Shown here: one piece after another, positions 47,165 through 57,159 of the stretch
Layout of the letters: the number at the start of each line of letters is the position of its first letter
How positions within the stretch are numbered: the stretch's first letter is position 1
Source: a bacterium
GTDB lineage: Bacteria; Sumerlaeota; Sumerlaeia; SLMS01; JAHLLQ01
Reading direction: 5' to 3'
DNA length: 64,000 nt
Assembly (NCBI GenBank): GCA_020444065.1
Contig: JAHLLQ010000010.1
Span: 76,866 to 140,865 of the forward strand
Notes under the pieces: generated by a model
What the model saw: the letters and a program-made list of their open reading frames with translations, nothing else
The model's database searches: none
Told to the model about the DNA's origin: nothing
Translations under genes and position numbers: made by a program

Positions 47165-49192
47165 ATGGCCAAGAAGCCCGACCCACAACCTTCTCCTGAA
47201 TTGATCGCGCCGGCGTTTCGCATTCTGCTGCTGTTCGTGCCGGTGGCGCTGGCGGTTTTCCTCGGCCAACTGAAGACGGCGCTTCTGGAGCCTGCGGTTT
47301 CCGATTGGGTGGAAAAGATTCCGTTGCAGGCGATGGACGATGCGACTTCCGGCACGTTGTCGCTTCAGGATGGCCCATGGCGGCCGGTTCGGAACGGGTA
47401 CTCTCCGGCGACGCTGAAGGGCGCAACGGTTGAGGTAAATGTTCCTGAGGGTCCGTGGGATTCGGCGGAGATTCGTGTCTCTGCCGCGCCGGAATCGCGG
47501 TGGTCGATTCGGATGAGCCGCAGCTACTTCACGGAGCGCGGCCCGCAGGTCGAATCGAAGCTGCTGCCAAACGTTCTCGATAACGAAACGGTGTATGAAC
47601 TTCCCAGCGACGACATTCCCGGGTCGGTGATCAGCAGCGCGCCGATTCGGTTGAAGCTCATTGCGGAGGATCCCGGCCGCGCGGCGGACGGCGAGTTCGC
47701 ATTGTTGCGGCAGGTGAATGTGCGTTTCTCGGCGAAGCAATTGGATCCGCTGCCGCACTTGCCGGACATCATCGCGTTGGGTCTGTTGCCTTTCCTCGGC
47801 GCGATCTTCCTGCGGCTTTATATGGGCTGGACGGTGAAGCGTTCGGCCAACGGCGGGCTAGCGTTGGGGGTCGTGTTCTGTCTGATCGCGTTGTACATGA
47901 AGAATTCACAAGGCGGCACGTGGGCGGTGGCAACGGGGCTGGCGGCGGCGACGGCTTTGCATGCGTTGTTCGCGATGGCGGGGATGAAGCCGTTGCGACG
48001 ATCGTTGTCGTTCGATCGGGGGAAGTTGGAACGCGCTGCGTTGTGGATGGGATTGGCGGCGATTATGCTGGCCGGCCTGGCGGCGCGTTGGGATGCGTTC
48101 GAGGTGAATCGCCGCAGCGAGTTGTCGCCGGACGCGGCAGGTTATATCGAGATTGCGAGTGCAGGTGGCGCGCTTTACGAAACAGCGCAGGAACATGCTC
48201 CGTGGGTGCGCGAGCCGTTGTTCCCGTGGCTGCTGCGGGCGTGGTTTGTCTGTGCGCCGGAAACGGCGGCATCGGCGCGATTCTTCTCGATGCTCATTTC
48301 CTTGGCGGCGCTGGCGGCGGTGTTCCTTGTCGGTGTCCGCCTGATGGGATGGGTTCCTGGAATCGTAGCTGCGCTGGCCGTTGCGGTATTGCCGGAGTGG
48401 GCGGACATCGCGTCGAAGGTTTTGCGCATCGATCTTGTTGTGTTGCTGACGATGGGTGCCTTTGCGAATCGGCTGTGGCTGGAGGATCGTCCGTGGTGGC
48501 GCAGCGCATCGTGGGCAATCGTCGGCACGGCGATGGTGCTGACGCGAATCAGTGCGTTGAGTTTCATTGTTCCGATCATCGCATGGGAGGCGATTCGCAA
48601 GCGGTGGAACTGGGGCGAGGTTTTCATTCCGGTGCTACTCCTGATCGTGCTTCTCGCACCGCATTTGCGTTTCAATCAACGGCATAGTCCAGACGGCGAC
48701 TTGTTCTATTCCAGCACGGTGCATACGCGGTTCTACTTGAACGCCGAACACATCGGCGAGCCGGGGTGGCCGACGGCCGAGGAGTATCGCGCGAATCCCT
48801 ACAGCGGCGATCCAGTGACGAGTCTTGGATACTTCTTCAAGTTTCACACGCTGCCAGAAGTGATCGTTGGTCATGTGAAGGGCTACTGGAACTTGTTCGT
48901 CTGGCGGCACCCGCGCGTGTCGATGTTCTTCGGGTGGGAGTGGTTGATGATCCCAGGGCTAGTCGGTGCCTGGGCGATGCTGCGCGATCGCAAGTGGTGG
49001 GCGGCAATCTGGTTTGGGATTATCGGATTTCCGTTTGCTTTCATTGCGCGAAACTGGGTGACTTGGCGCCTGGGTGCGGAGATTATGATTTTCGACGCCT
49101 GGGTTTGGGCGCTTGGTGTGCAGGCGATCGTCTTGTATTTGTGGGCTTTGCGCAAAGGCAAGGCGCGCGATTCCGAACCGGAAAAGAGTTAG
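47165..49192 (+). CDS. Large polytopic membrane protein with an N-terminal periplasmic domain and a GT-C (ArnT/PMT-like) core
   Basis: The layout is TM1, a soluble domain of about 150 aa, then more than 10 TM helices. Loop motifs are like the ArnT-like protein at 17073. The ORF is open from 46895, and the likely start is MAKKPD at 47165. Confidence 0.5.
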   Translation: MAKKPDPQPSPELIAPAFRILLLFVPVALAVFLGQLKTALLEPAVSDWVEKIPLQAMDDATSGTLSLQDGPWRPVRNGYSPATLKGATVEVNVPEGPWDSAEIRVSAAPESRWSIRMSRSYFTERGPQVESKLLPNVLDNETVYELPSDDIPGSVISSAPIRLKLIAEDPGRAADGEFALLRQVNVRFSAKQLDPLPHLPDIIALGLLPFLGAIFLRLYMGWTVKRSANGGLALGVVFCLIALYMKNSQGGTWAVATGLAAATALHALFAMAGMKPLRRSLSFDRGKLERAALWMGLAAIMLAGLAARWDAFEVNRRSELSPDAAGYIEIASAGGALYETAQEHAPWVREPLFPWLLRAWFVCAPETAASARFFSMLISLAALAAVFLVGVRLMGWVPGIVAALAVAVLPEWADIASKVLRIDLVVLLTMGAFANRLWLEDRPWWRSASWAIVGTAMVLTRISALSFIVPIIAWEAIRKRWNWGEVFIPVLLLIVLLAPHLRFNQRHSPDGDLFYSSTVHTRFYLNAEHIGEPGWPTAEEYRANPYSGDPVTSLGYFFKFHTLPEVIVGHVKGYWNLFVWRHPRVSMFFGWEWLMIPGLVGAWAMLRDRKWWAAIWFGIIGFPFAFIARNWVTWRLGAEIMIFDAWVWALGVQAIVLYLWALRKGKARDSEPEKS

Positions 49193-49244
49193 AAACTCAC
49201 CGAGTTCTGCGCTTCGGCCCTTTCCTTGCTGCGGACTGGTTTCG

Positions 49245-49541
49245 ATGACGAAGAGATCACATATCACCTTCTTGTTCTCTGCCATTGCGCTACTTTCCTC
49301 GGCGTTGTGGATCGCTCATCCTCTTGCCCATATCGACGATCCGGCGGGCATGGCCGATTGCCCTGTCTGCGCGCTTTCCCATGCGGTCGATGTCGTCCCG
49401 GTTACTCCAACTGAAAGTCTGACGGAGAATCCGCCGCTTGTTCGGCTTGCGATTGCGGAGCAGCAACACGCCGTTCCGACGGCGCCTTGCGTCCAGACGC
49501 GCCGCCCGCGTGGTCCACCCGCCATCTCTGTTTCTCTCTGA
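49245..49541 (+). CDS. Small hypothetical secreted/membrane protein with a CPVC motif
   Basis: 98 aa with N-terminal hydrophobic segment ITFLFSAIALLSSALWIA and ADCPVCALSH. Weak support. Confidence 0.3.
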   Translation: MTKRSHITFLFSAIALLSSALWIAHPLAHIDDPAGMADCPVCALSHAVDVVPVTPTESLTENPPLVRLAIAEQQHAVPTAPCVQTRRPRGPPAISVSL

Positions 49542-49613
49542 CATCGCTGTCCATTTAGACCCGGCGCCTTGCGCGCCGCCCCCTTGCCATTCAGAGAAAT
49601 GGAGACTTCTCTC

Positions 49614-50282
49614 ATGCACCGGAATACCTGTGCGTCCAATCGGGCGTTTACCTTGATTGAGTTACTGATCGTTGTGGCTATCATTGCGATTCTGGCGGCG
49701 ATCGCCGTTCCGAATTTCCTCGAAGCGCAAACGCGTTCGAAGGTCTCGCGTGCGAAGGCCGACATGCGCACGTTGGCAACCGCAACAGAATCGTATGCGG
49801 TGGATTACAATCACTACCCAATTCCATCGGATGAGGATGGAGGGCAGATTCTATCCAGCACTTCGCCCAAACCGGATTGGCCGGAGACGCGCGTTTCGAC
49901 GTTGATCACGACGCCAATCGCTTACATCACGGCACGGCTGAACGAGCCTTTTTCCGGACAGGGATCTGAGAACCCGCAGTTCCACTTCGCCAGCGTCGAC
50001 TACATCGAATGGGTCGATGCCGTCGGCGGCCGTCGGCAGTTGAGCGCCGAGGCGGAAGAATACTACGAGTACATCCACGAGTTGACCGGCCAGGAGATGA
50101 CCGCTGTTCGGTACTTCATGCTCAGTCATGGTCCGGATATCGATCACGATTTCTCGGGTCATCATCACCACGAACGCCAGGCCGAGGAGGAGGGCGAACC
50201 GGCTCTGTACGATCCCACGAACGGGACCGTTTCGAGCGGCGATATCCTTTACTTCGGCCCAGGCGTCGGGTTTCTGAACTAG
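49614..50282 (+). CDS. Type IV pilin / T2SS pseudopilin-like protein (prepilin-type N-terminal cleavage/methylation domain)
   Basis: MHRNTCASNRAF-TLIELLIVVAIIAILAAIAVPNF is a class III signal peptide with an E+5 glutamate. A His-rich C-terminal region (GHHHHE) follows. Confidence 0.75.
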   Translation: MHRNTCASNRAFTLIELLIVVAIIAILAAIAVPNFLEAQTRSKVSRAKADMRTLATATESYAVDYNHYPIPSDEDGGQILSSTSPKPDWPETRVSTLITTPIAYITARLNEPFSGQGSENPQFHFASVDYIEWVDAVGGRRQLSAEAEEYYEYIHELTGQEMTAVRYFMLSHGPDIDHDFSGHHHHERQAEEEGEPALYDPTNGTVSSGDILYFGPGVGFLN

Positions 50283-50471
50283 CGGTCACCTATCGGGGCG
50301 GTCTTCGGGCCGCCCCGAATCACTTTGAAAATGACACAATTCCGCTTCCGACATGTGAAGAAATTCCGGCTCGGGTTACTATAATACAGTAGCCGAGTCA
50401 TTCCGCCGCTTTTCCTTTACGGATGGCCCGAGGTGTGCTCGTCTGACTTATCGCCTGGGATAGAATTGGCC

Positions 50472-51476
50472 ATGAAGACGCGTGAAATCATCCGGACAGC
50501 AGGAACCAACGTCACGTTGGGAATGGCTGCCATTCTGATGGCGGTCTTTGGGGTGATGTTGCTTTTTTCCGGCGAGCACTTCGAGACGATCTCGGTCAGC
50601 CAGTATTCGTTGACCGACGTCGAGTACTCCCCGGACGGGAAGATCCTCGCGATCACGGGCGGGGCCTATTCGTGGAAGGGACGCTGGATTTCGAGCAGCG
50701 ATCTGGCCATTCGGCTGTACGATCCGACCACCGGAGAGTTCCTTCGCAAGATGGACGGGCACACGCGGTTCGTGCGGAATTGCTCATTCTCGCCGGACGG
50801 GTCGCGGCTGCTGACGGTAAGCCGTGAGTTGTTGCTCTGGGATCCGCAGACGGGAGAACTCCTGCTGACGATCGATCCCGGTGAGCGAACGATTCTTCGT
50901 GGGGCATTCCTTGCAGACAATCGCCGAATTGTGACCGGTGCGCGAGACGGCAAGGTGCAAATTTGGGACGTGGAAACAGGCGAGCTGTTGAACGAATTCC
51001 AGGCCCATCAGCGCGCGGTCACATCGCTGGATTCTGCCCGTTCGAAGGACTTTTTTGTGACGTGTACCGTGGGCGAGATTCTCGTCTGGGATGCGAACAC
51101 GTGCGAGAAGCTCGACGAGTTCGGTATCAACTATGTTCCCGTTTCGATTCGCGTTGCCGAGAACGATCGTTTTGTGATCGTTCCGAACGGACCGACGATC
51201 GTCAGTTACAATCTGGAATCGCGCGAGGAGAAGCTGCTCTTCGAACGCGAGAAATTCTGGGTCGGCAACATCGCGGTTTCCACCGATGGGACATACCTGG
51301 CCACGACGTCGACGGACGGCGGGTTGCAGATTTGGGAACGCGATGGAATGAAGCGTCGGGCCCAACTGCCGAAGAATGGCTCGGATTGTTTCGGTATTGC
51401 GTTCTCGCCGGACGGTTCGCAACTCGCAGCCGTTGGAATGGCAGGCGAACTGCGATTGTGGGATCTGAAGCTCTAG
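50472..51476 (+). CDS. WD40 repeat protein with an N-terminal TM anchor
   Basis: Repeated FSPDGS.L, GELRLWD and KVQIWDVETGELL blades are present. The N-terminal hydrophobic segment is AAILMAVFGVMLLF. Confidence 0.75.
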   Translation: MKTREIIRTAGTNVTLGMAAILMAVFGVMLLFSGEHFETISVSQYSLTDVEYSPDGKILAITGGAYSWKGRWISSSDLAIRLYDPTTGEFLRKMDGHTRFVRNCSFSPDGSRLLTVSRELLLWDPQTGELLLTIDPGERTILRGAFLADNRRIVTGARDGKVQIWDVETGELLNEFQAHQRAVTSLDSARSKDFFVTCTVGEILVWDANTCEKLDEFGINYVPVSIRVAENDRFVIVPNGPTIVSYNLESREEKLLFEREKFWVGNIAVSTDGTYLATTSTDGGLQIWERDGMKRRAQLPKNGSDCFGIAFSPDGSQLAAVGMAGELRLWDLKL

Positions 51477-52144
51477 GGCTCTTCGATTGAAAGATCGCAA
51501 GCGGCGGCGCGGACATCCTGCGTCGCCGTTTCTTTTTCGACGACTTCCGAGAAGTGCACCATGAACGCAGATGCGGCTTCTTCGCCCGGCTGCGTGACGG
51601 GATGACGGCGACGGCGCCTGGGTTCTTCACCGGGCTTGCGCGTTCTCAGGACTTCGTCGAAGTGCCGAAAGCATTCCCGGTCTTCCTCGTTTGAAGGATC
51701 CAGAACGGCCATCGCGATGCGTCGCGCATTGACCAGCCCCGCGGGATCGGGCTGGAGGGCCTGGCGATTCGGAATCTGCACGACGAGGGCAAATGGCATC
51801 GTGCGCGCCGTCGTTTCCCAACGATGGTCGCACGGCGTGTCGAAGATTGCTTCGTGGTAGGCGCGCGGCGAATCGGCCAGCGGTGTCGCGAACGGTTCCG
51901 GCAGGTAGGGCGTGTAGCGATTGTCTCCCGGCCACGAGTTGTCCGCCGTCCATTTCGGTGCGCCCACATCGAAGGATCCGATGCGGAAGGTGGTGCCGTG
52001 GCGTTGCTCGAGGCAATGCACACAGACCTGATCCATGCGCGCGGGACCGGTCAGCAGAATGCCGACGCCGAAGACTGTGGCTAGAAAGAGGAGGATGAGG
52101 ACTTTGCGGCCGGAGGGAGCGGAGCGTTCTTCGCTACTCGCCAT
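51473..52144 (-). CDS. Hypothetical membrane-anchored protein
   Basis: 223-aa ORF with an N-terminal TM segment. Its start overlaps the clpS stop. Confidence 0.45.
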   Translation of the reverse strand: MASSEERSAPSGRKVLILLFLATVFGVGILLTGPARMDQVCVHCLEQRHGTTFRIGSFDVGAPKWTADNSWPGDNRYTPYLPEPFATPLADSPRAYHEAIFDTPCDHRWETTARTMPFALVVQIPNRQALQPDPAGLVNARRIAMAVLDPSNEEDRECFRHFDEVLRTRKPGEEPRRRRRHPVTQPGEEAASAFMVHFSEVVEKETATQDVRAAACDLSIEEP

Positions 52145-52424
52145 CGGCCCGCTCGATCGTGCAACCCATGGACCCGCGGCTGTTGGGCATGCGCGGATCG
52201 GGTCCGTAGTTGATGACCTTGGCGTGGGCGGCCACGGCTTCTTCGTAAGGGCACGTTTTGATGATTGCCTGGCCGATGTGATCGACCTCGTAGGCGATCT
52301 CGAAGCCGCGTTCCGGCGACAGTCCGAAGAGGTTCATCATCATCTCGACGACATAGGCGTAGCTATGGTCATCGTCGTCAAACAGCACCACGTGATAGAG
52401 AGGAGCGAGTTGCTCCTTCTTCAT
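52134..52424 (-). CDS. clpS: ATP-dependent Clp protease adaptor ClpS
   Basis: YHVVLFDDDDHSYAYVVEMMMNLFG matches the ClpS core (VxLxNDDxxxMxFVxxVL). The ORF is open to 52466, and the likely start is MKKEQL. Confidence 0.8.
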   Translation of the reverse strand: MKKEQLAPLYHVVLFDDDDHSYAYVVEMMMNLFGLSPERGFEIAYEVDHIGQAIIKTCPYEEAVAAHAKVINYGPDPRMPNSRGSMGCTIERADGE

Positions 52425-52594
52425 GGTTTGTTCTTCTGTTTCGATGGATGGCAGGGTTGAAGGCATCGAAGCGATGAACCGAGACCTTGGGGTTGAGGGT
52501 AATGACAGCGACGGTATCCGCCGCGAAGTTCCGCACCTTCATGGGCCGGGCGAGTCTATGCAACGCCGGTGGGGGTGTTTTGGCAAGTCGGAAA

Positions 52595-53233
52595 TCAGTC
52601 GTCGGTGGGATGGTCGAGGGGGAGTTCGAGTTCGCGCAGGGGGGCGAGGGTGCGTTCGAGGCGTTGCGTGAGGCGTTCGAGGGCTTCGGCGAGTTCCTGG
52701 AGGTCTTCGCGGCGCGATTCGAGGCGCGGCCGGCGGAGTTCCTGGCGCAAGAGGCCAGCATAGCCGACAAGCGATCCCAGCGGAGGGCCGAGGTGCTGGA
52801 TGACGCGGCCGGCCATGTGAACGCGGCGTTCGAGCTCGGCCGCGTGGACGGTCAGATCGCGGACGATCAGCGCGACGTGCACACGGGTGCGGAGTTCGAG
52901 CATGTTCACCGGTTTGCGCAAGAGATCGTCGACGCCGGCCGCGTCGCCAAGGACTTCGCCTCCCTGGCCGTCTTCGGTGAGCAGAATCGTGTGGGGAGGC
53001 CCATCGCGCGCCATGGACTTGGCGGCCGTGCAAATCAGCCGGCCGTCGGGCACGCGGACGTCCCAGTCGGAGATCAGAATGTCGATCGGACGGCGATCGA
53101 GGAGTTCGAGGGCCTTCTCGCCGTTGGCGGCCCAGAACAATTCGACATCCAGACCCTCGGTGACGGAGTAAACCGCCCCGAAGTCCTCCCAGTCCGGATC
53201 GGCAATCAGGATGGTGCTGCGCCGGGCGCTCAT
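52595..53233 (-). CDS. Response regulator receiver-domain protein (CheY-like) with a C-terminal coiled-coil, no DNA-binding domain
   Basis: The receiver has ILIADPD, a phospho-acceptor Asp context ILISDWD and a conserved K. The ORF is open to 53596, and the likely start is MSARRSTIL at 53233. Confidence 0.65.
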   Translation of the reverse strand: MSARRSTILIADPDWEDFGAVYSVTEGLDVELFWAANGEKALELLDRRPIDILISDWDVRVPDGRLICTAAKSMARDGPPHTILLTEDGQGGEVLGDAAGVDDLLRKPVNMLELRTRVHVALIVRDLTVHAAELERRVHMAGRVIQHLGPPLGSLVGYAGLLRQELRRPRLESRREDLQELAEALERLTQRLERTLAPLRELELPLDHPTDD

Positions 53234-53369
53234 GGTGTTTTCCTCAGCCTTGCTTTCATGATGGCACGAAGGCGGGCAAACGCCAGCGTGATTTTGCGAA
53301 ACTGCCGCCCTGGCGCTTCGACGACATCCAGTGGTTGCGCGGGGGGGAGGGTTGCGCTCAGGATTCGCC

Positions 53370-54467
53370 ATGTCCAAATCGCCGCGCCATCTTCTGTTTT
53401 GCGTGAACCACCCGAGTCCCCACATGGCGGATCTGTTCCGTGCCTTGGCAGCCCGGGAGGACGTGGAACTGGATGTGTTGTTCATGGCTCCGGACGATCC
53501 CGAGCGGGACTGGGGGGCGGATGCGGAGGGTTTTTCGCACCGGTTTGCGCCGCTGGGCGCGACGGGCACTCCGAAGGTGAATCGATCGATTCGCAAGGTG
53601 GTGGGGGAGCTCTGCCGCCCGGAGACGACAGCGATCCTGACGCTCTACACCTGGCCGACGACGTGGATGGCGGCCAGGACGCTGAGGGCGAAAGGCGTGC
53701 CGTGGTTCCTGATGGCGGAGCCGCCGAACGCGATGACCGATCAGCTGGCGGCGGCTTTGCGGGCTGGGCTGTTCCGTTGGGTGACACGGCACGCGGCCGG
53801 AATTCTGGCAATCGGTCGCCGGGCGATGATCGAGTTCGAGGATTTGCGTGTTTCGCGCGATCGGCTGCATCACGTGCAGTACGTGATGGACACGGCGGCG
53901 TTTGCGGCCCTTCCACGGCCGGAGCGCCGCGGTCCGGTCCGGTTTCTGTCTGTCGGGCAGTTGATCCCGCGCAAGGGGCACGACCTGTTGCTGCGGGCAT
54001 TCGAGCAGATCGGGGGAGACGCGACGCTCCGGATCGTGGGAGACGGCGAGTTGCGGACGGGGCTGGAGTGGTTGGCGAGGGATCTGGGCGTGGCGGATCG
54101 CGTCCGAATCGAAGCGCCCGTGCCGTTCGCGCGGCGGCATGAGGCTTTTGCCGAGGCGGATGTCTTCGTGCTAGCGACTCGAAACGATGGCTGGGGGATG
54201 GTTGTGGCGGAGGCGATGGCCGCCGGTTTGCCGGTGATTACGACTCCGGAATGCGGTGCGGGGGTCGAATTGATTGCTCCGGGAACCGGATTGGTTGCCA
54301 AGCAGGACGGCTTGGCAAGGGCGATGGTATTCTACGCCCAGAGTCCAGCCGAGGCGCACCGTCAGGGGCTGCACGCCCGAGACCATTTGGCGGCTGTCTG
54401 GACGCCGGAGCGGGGCGCGGAGATGGTGCTCGAAGCGACGGGCGTTCAGGAAAAGGCCGAGGAATAA
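53370..54467 (+). CDS. Glycosyltransferase family 4
   Basis: The C-terminal motif GWGMVVAEAMAAGLPVITT...G is a GT-B fold signature. Confidence 0.8.
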   Translation: MSKSPRHLLFCVNHPSPHMADLFRALAAREDVELDVLFMAPDDPERDWGADAEGFSHRFAPLGATGTPKVNRSIRKVVGELCRPETTAILTLYTWPTTWMAARTLRAKGVPWFLMAEPPNAMTDQLAAALRAGLFRWVTRHAAGILAIGRRAMIEFEDLRVSRDRLHHVQYVMDTAAFAALPRPERRGPVRFLSVGQLIPRKGHDLLLRAFEQIGGDATLRIVGDGELRTGLEWLARDLGVADRVRIEAPVPFARRHEAFAEADVFVLATRNDGWGMVVAEAMAAGLPVITTPECGAGVELIAPGTGLVAKQDGLARAMVFYAQSPAEAHRQGLHARDHLAAVWTPERGAEMVLEATGVQEKAEE

Positions 54468-54567
54468 CGCCGGCCGGAGCGCATTCTGGCCGGTGGCTTG
54501 CTGCGTTACCAGGTTCCTTCGATACCCGGGTGCGGAATGATCCGCGCCCTCCCTGCACGAGAATCTC

Positions 54568-55749
54568 ATGCGAATCCTTCACGTAGTAGCCTCCATTTCG
54601 GAGGTGGACGGCGGGCCGGGCATGGCAGCGCTGGAGATGTGCCGCGCGCTCGAAGCCGCCGGTCATGAGCCTGTTCTGGCGACAACGGATTTCGATGGAC
54701 CTTCGCGGCGGCTGGACATTCCGAAGGGCGAGGTGACGCGCTTTCGGGATGTGAATGTGATCGCCTTCGCGATGGTTGGGTCGTCCGAGCGGCGCAAGCC
54801 TGCGCCGGAGCTGGAGCAGTGGCTGCGTCGCGAGATCGCAACATTCGACGTCTTGCATGTGCACGGTTTGTTTGCAAAGTCGACCGCTGACGCGACGCAG
54901 ATTGCGCGCGAGGCGGGCGTTCCATACGTGTTGGCAACGGTCGGGCATGCCATGAAGCCCAACATCGCGCTGGGGCGAGCGGTGAACTGGCCGAAGCAGA
55001 TTTACCTGCGAACCGTGGAGCGCCGCGCGTTCCAGGGGGCCGCGGCGGTTCTGTTCACATCGCAGTTGGAGAAGGACTTCTCGCCGATCATCCCGGCGCT
55101 GCGGAAGGGGGGCGTCTCGCAGCGCACCGCAATCATCCCGCCTTGCCTGCCGGAATCGGCTTTTCAGGAGCGCCCTGATCGGGAGATCCACTCGCCGATA
55201 CGCATCGGTTTCATGGGTCGGCTGCATCCGATCAAGGGTTTCGAGTCCTGGCTGCCGCTGCTGGGGCGTCTGGCGGAGGAAGGGCTGGCGTTCGAGCTTC
55301 ACCTGGCCGGTCCGCCGACGCCGTGGTCCGAGAAACACCTGGAAACAATCGTCAAGCAATGTGGCTTGACCAAAAAGACGGTCTTTCACCCCGCATTGGA
55401 GGGCGATGCGCGCTGGGATTACCTGGCAGACTTGGATATGTTTCTGCTGCTCTCCCGGCTGGAGAATTTCGGCCTGGCCGCTGCGGAGGCTCTCGCGTGC
55501 GGGACGCCGGTGGCGCTGGCGAAGCTGGTCGGCTGCTCCGAATGGGCTGTGAAGAAGGATGTGGGCACGGTCCTGAGCGTGACGGCCGATGGCGCGGCCG
55601 GGATTCTGGGCCGGGTTCTGCGGAATCGCGAGCGCCTGCAGCAGCAGTCTCGGAACGCGGTGGCGCTGGCGCGCGAGTATTTCTCGCACCAAGCCGTTGC
55701 GGACAGTCTGAGCATACTGTACACCGCATGCACTTCTTCCGATGAGTAA
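54568..55749 (+). CDS. Glycosyltransferase family 4
   Basis: The N-terminal GGPG donor-binding motif and the C-terminal motif FGLAAAEALACGTPVALAK are present. Confidence 0.85.
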   Translation: MRILHVVASISEVDGGPGMAALEMCRALEAAGHEPVLATTDFDGPSRRLDIPKGEVTRFRDVNVIAFAMVGSSERRKPAPELEQWLRREIATFDVLHVHGLFAKSTADATQIAREAGVPYVLATVGHAMKPNIALGRAVNWPKQIYLRTVERRAFQGAAAVLFTSQLEKDFSPIIPALRKGGVSQRTAIIPPCLPESAFQERPDREIHSPIRIGFMGRLHPIKGFESWLPLLGRLAEEGLAFELHLAGPPTPWSEKHLETIVKQCGLTKKTVFHPALEGDARWDYLADLDMFLLLSRLENFGLAAAEALACGTPVALAKLVGCSEWAVKKDVGTVLSVTADGAAGILGRVLRNRERLQQQSRNAVALAREYFSHQAVADSLSILYTACTSSDE

Positions 55750-55752
55750 CCC

Positions 55753-57159
55753 ATGCGGTCTGCAGGTGCCATCCAGCCTTCCCTGATTCGCCGGCCTTCG
55801 CTGCCCGGGCGCCTGGGGCTGCGTTGGTGGTGGCGCGGGATCAACTTGGCCGAGTTGGGTCTTCTGGCGCTGGCGGTTGTGTACCTGCTGCCATTTGTTT
55901 CGGTATTGGGGCCGGTGGCGAATGCGGCGAAGTTGCTGCGCTGGCCGGCCTTGGCCGCGGTGGCCGCCTGGCTGTTTCTTGGACATCGTGAGGCGGGGGC
56001 GTCGCTGGGATTTCCGATCGCGCAGCGGATCCTCTTTGCCTGGATTGGAATGGCGGCGATTTCGTCATTCTGGTCGCCGACGCCGAACGTCTCGTTGATG
56101 AAGGTGATTGCGTTGGCGCTGACGGTTGCGACGGTTCACATCGCGGCGGTGCGGTCGATGGTTCCGTTGCGGTGGGTGCGACTGATGGCGTGGCTGGCAC
56201 TGATCCTGACGATTTTGACGCTGCCATCGGCGATGCTCTCCGAATCGATCGCGGAAGAATATTACCGTACGGCGGGTTTCATCGAGTCGGGCCCGAACGC
56301 CGTGGGGGCCGTGGGCACGATGGCGCTGGCGCTGCTGTTGCCGTTCGGCGTGTACTACGCGGCGCGGCGAAATCGACTTTGGACGGCGGCCATCGTCGCG
56401 GCCGTGCTGGGCGTGGTGTTCGTGCTGTTCGCGACGGGATCGCGGTCGGCGGCTGGGGCGGCGCTGGGTGCGGTGGTTGTGTGGGGATTCAGCTTCCCGC
56501 GCGAGCACCTTCGCCTGCTCTTCAAGCTATCGCTGGCGCTCGTTGCGGGGCTGGCTTTGCTGGCCATGACGGACTTCGTCCAGACGCAGGCGGCGTATCT
56601 GACCCGCGAGCGCGGGTTGAGCATCGAGACGTTTGAATCGCGGCGCGAAATCTGGCGCGAGGCGCTGGAGTCTTCGCAGCAGCGTCCGCTGTTCGGATAC
56701 GGCTACGGGGCGAGCGGTTTGACCCGGGACGTGTCCGGCGTGCAGTACCAGGCTTTCACGATTCGGGACGGCAGCGGGTATTTCGGCTTGCTGGAATCCC
56801 TGGGCTGGACTGGAATGGTCCTGTTCAGCGCGTTTGTCCTGGCCATGATTGGACCTTTCCGGCGGCTGTCGAGGTTGCCGGCGGATTCGCTGGTGCGGGC
56901 GGGCGGGCTGGCCGCTTGTGTGTGTTTCGCGGCGCTGGTGCTGAATCAAGTGGGCGAGCCCTGGCTCCTGGGACCGGGTTCGCCGATGAATCTGATCTTC
57001 TGGCTGACATCCGCCGCGGCCCTGGTGCTGGCTTCTGGAGCGCATCCTGCAGTGGCAGGAAGCTCCCGATCGACGGGCGCCATGCCGCCCCGATTGTTGG
57101 CTCGGCTGCGGCGCAATCGTGAACTCCAGCACCCCGCTTCCGGCGGAGAGAACGCATGA
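55753..57159 (+). CDS. O-antigen ligase / Wzy_C-domain membrane protein (polymerase, ligase or O-oligosaccharyltransferase family)
   Basis: A polytopic protein whose central loop FATGSRSAAGAAL is characteristic of the Wzy_C family. Confidence 0.7.
   Translation: MRSAGAIQPSLIRRPSLPGRLGLRWWWRGINLAELGLLALAVVYLLPFVSVLGPVANAAKLLRWPALAAVAAWLFLGHREAGASLGFPIAQRILFAWIGMAAISSFWSPTPNVSLMKVIALALTVATVHIAAVRSMVPLRWVRLMAWLALILTILTLPSAMLSESIAEEYYRTAGFIESGPNAVGAVGTMALALLLPFGVYYAARRNRLWTAAIVAAVLGVVFVLFATGSRSAAGAALGAVVVWGFSFPREHLRLLFKLSLALVAGLALLAMTDFVQTQAAYLTRERGLSIETFESRREIWREALESSQQRPLFGYGYGASGLTRDVSGVQYQAFTIRDGSGYFGLLESLGWTGMVLFSAFVLAMIGPFRRLSRLPADSLVRAGGLAACVCFAALVLNQVGEPWLLGPGSPMNLIFWLTSAAALVLASGAHPAVAGSSRSTGAMPPRLLARLRRNRELQHPASGGENA

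Noticed and set aside
45890-47199. 386-aa ORFs on both strands
   Set aside because: Alternative-frame or antisense to the FHA-kinase gene, with Arg/Pro-rich translation.
49614-50282. H-X9-DG (DUF1559-type) C-terminal motif in the pilin-like protein
   Set aside because: I looked for the Planctomycete H-X9-DG signature and did not find an exact match. Only a His-rich stretch is present, so the protein is called only as a generic prepilin-type protein.
52487-54142. 551-aa plus-strand ORF
   Set aside because: Antisense to the response-regulator gene and out of frame with the GT4 gene it overlaps. The translation is Gly/Ala/Arg-rich.
54238-55986. 582-aa minus-strand ORF
   Set aside because: Antisense to the GT4 gene at 54568-55749. 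Arg/Gln/Pro-rich translation.
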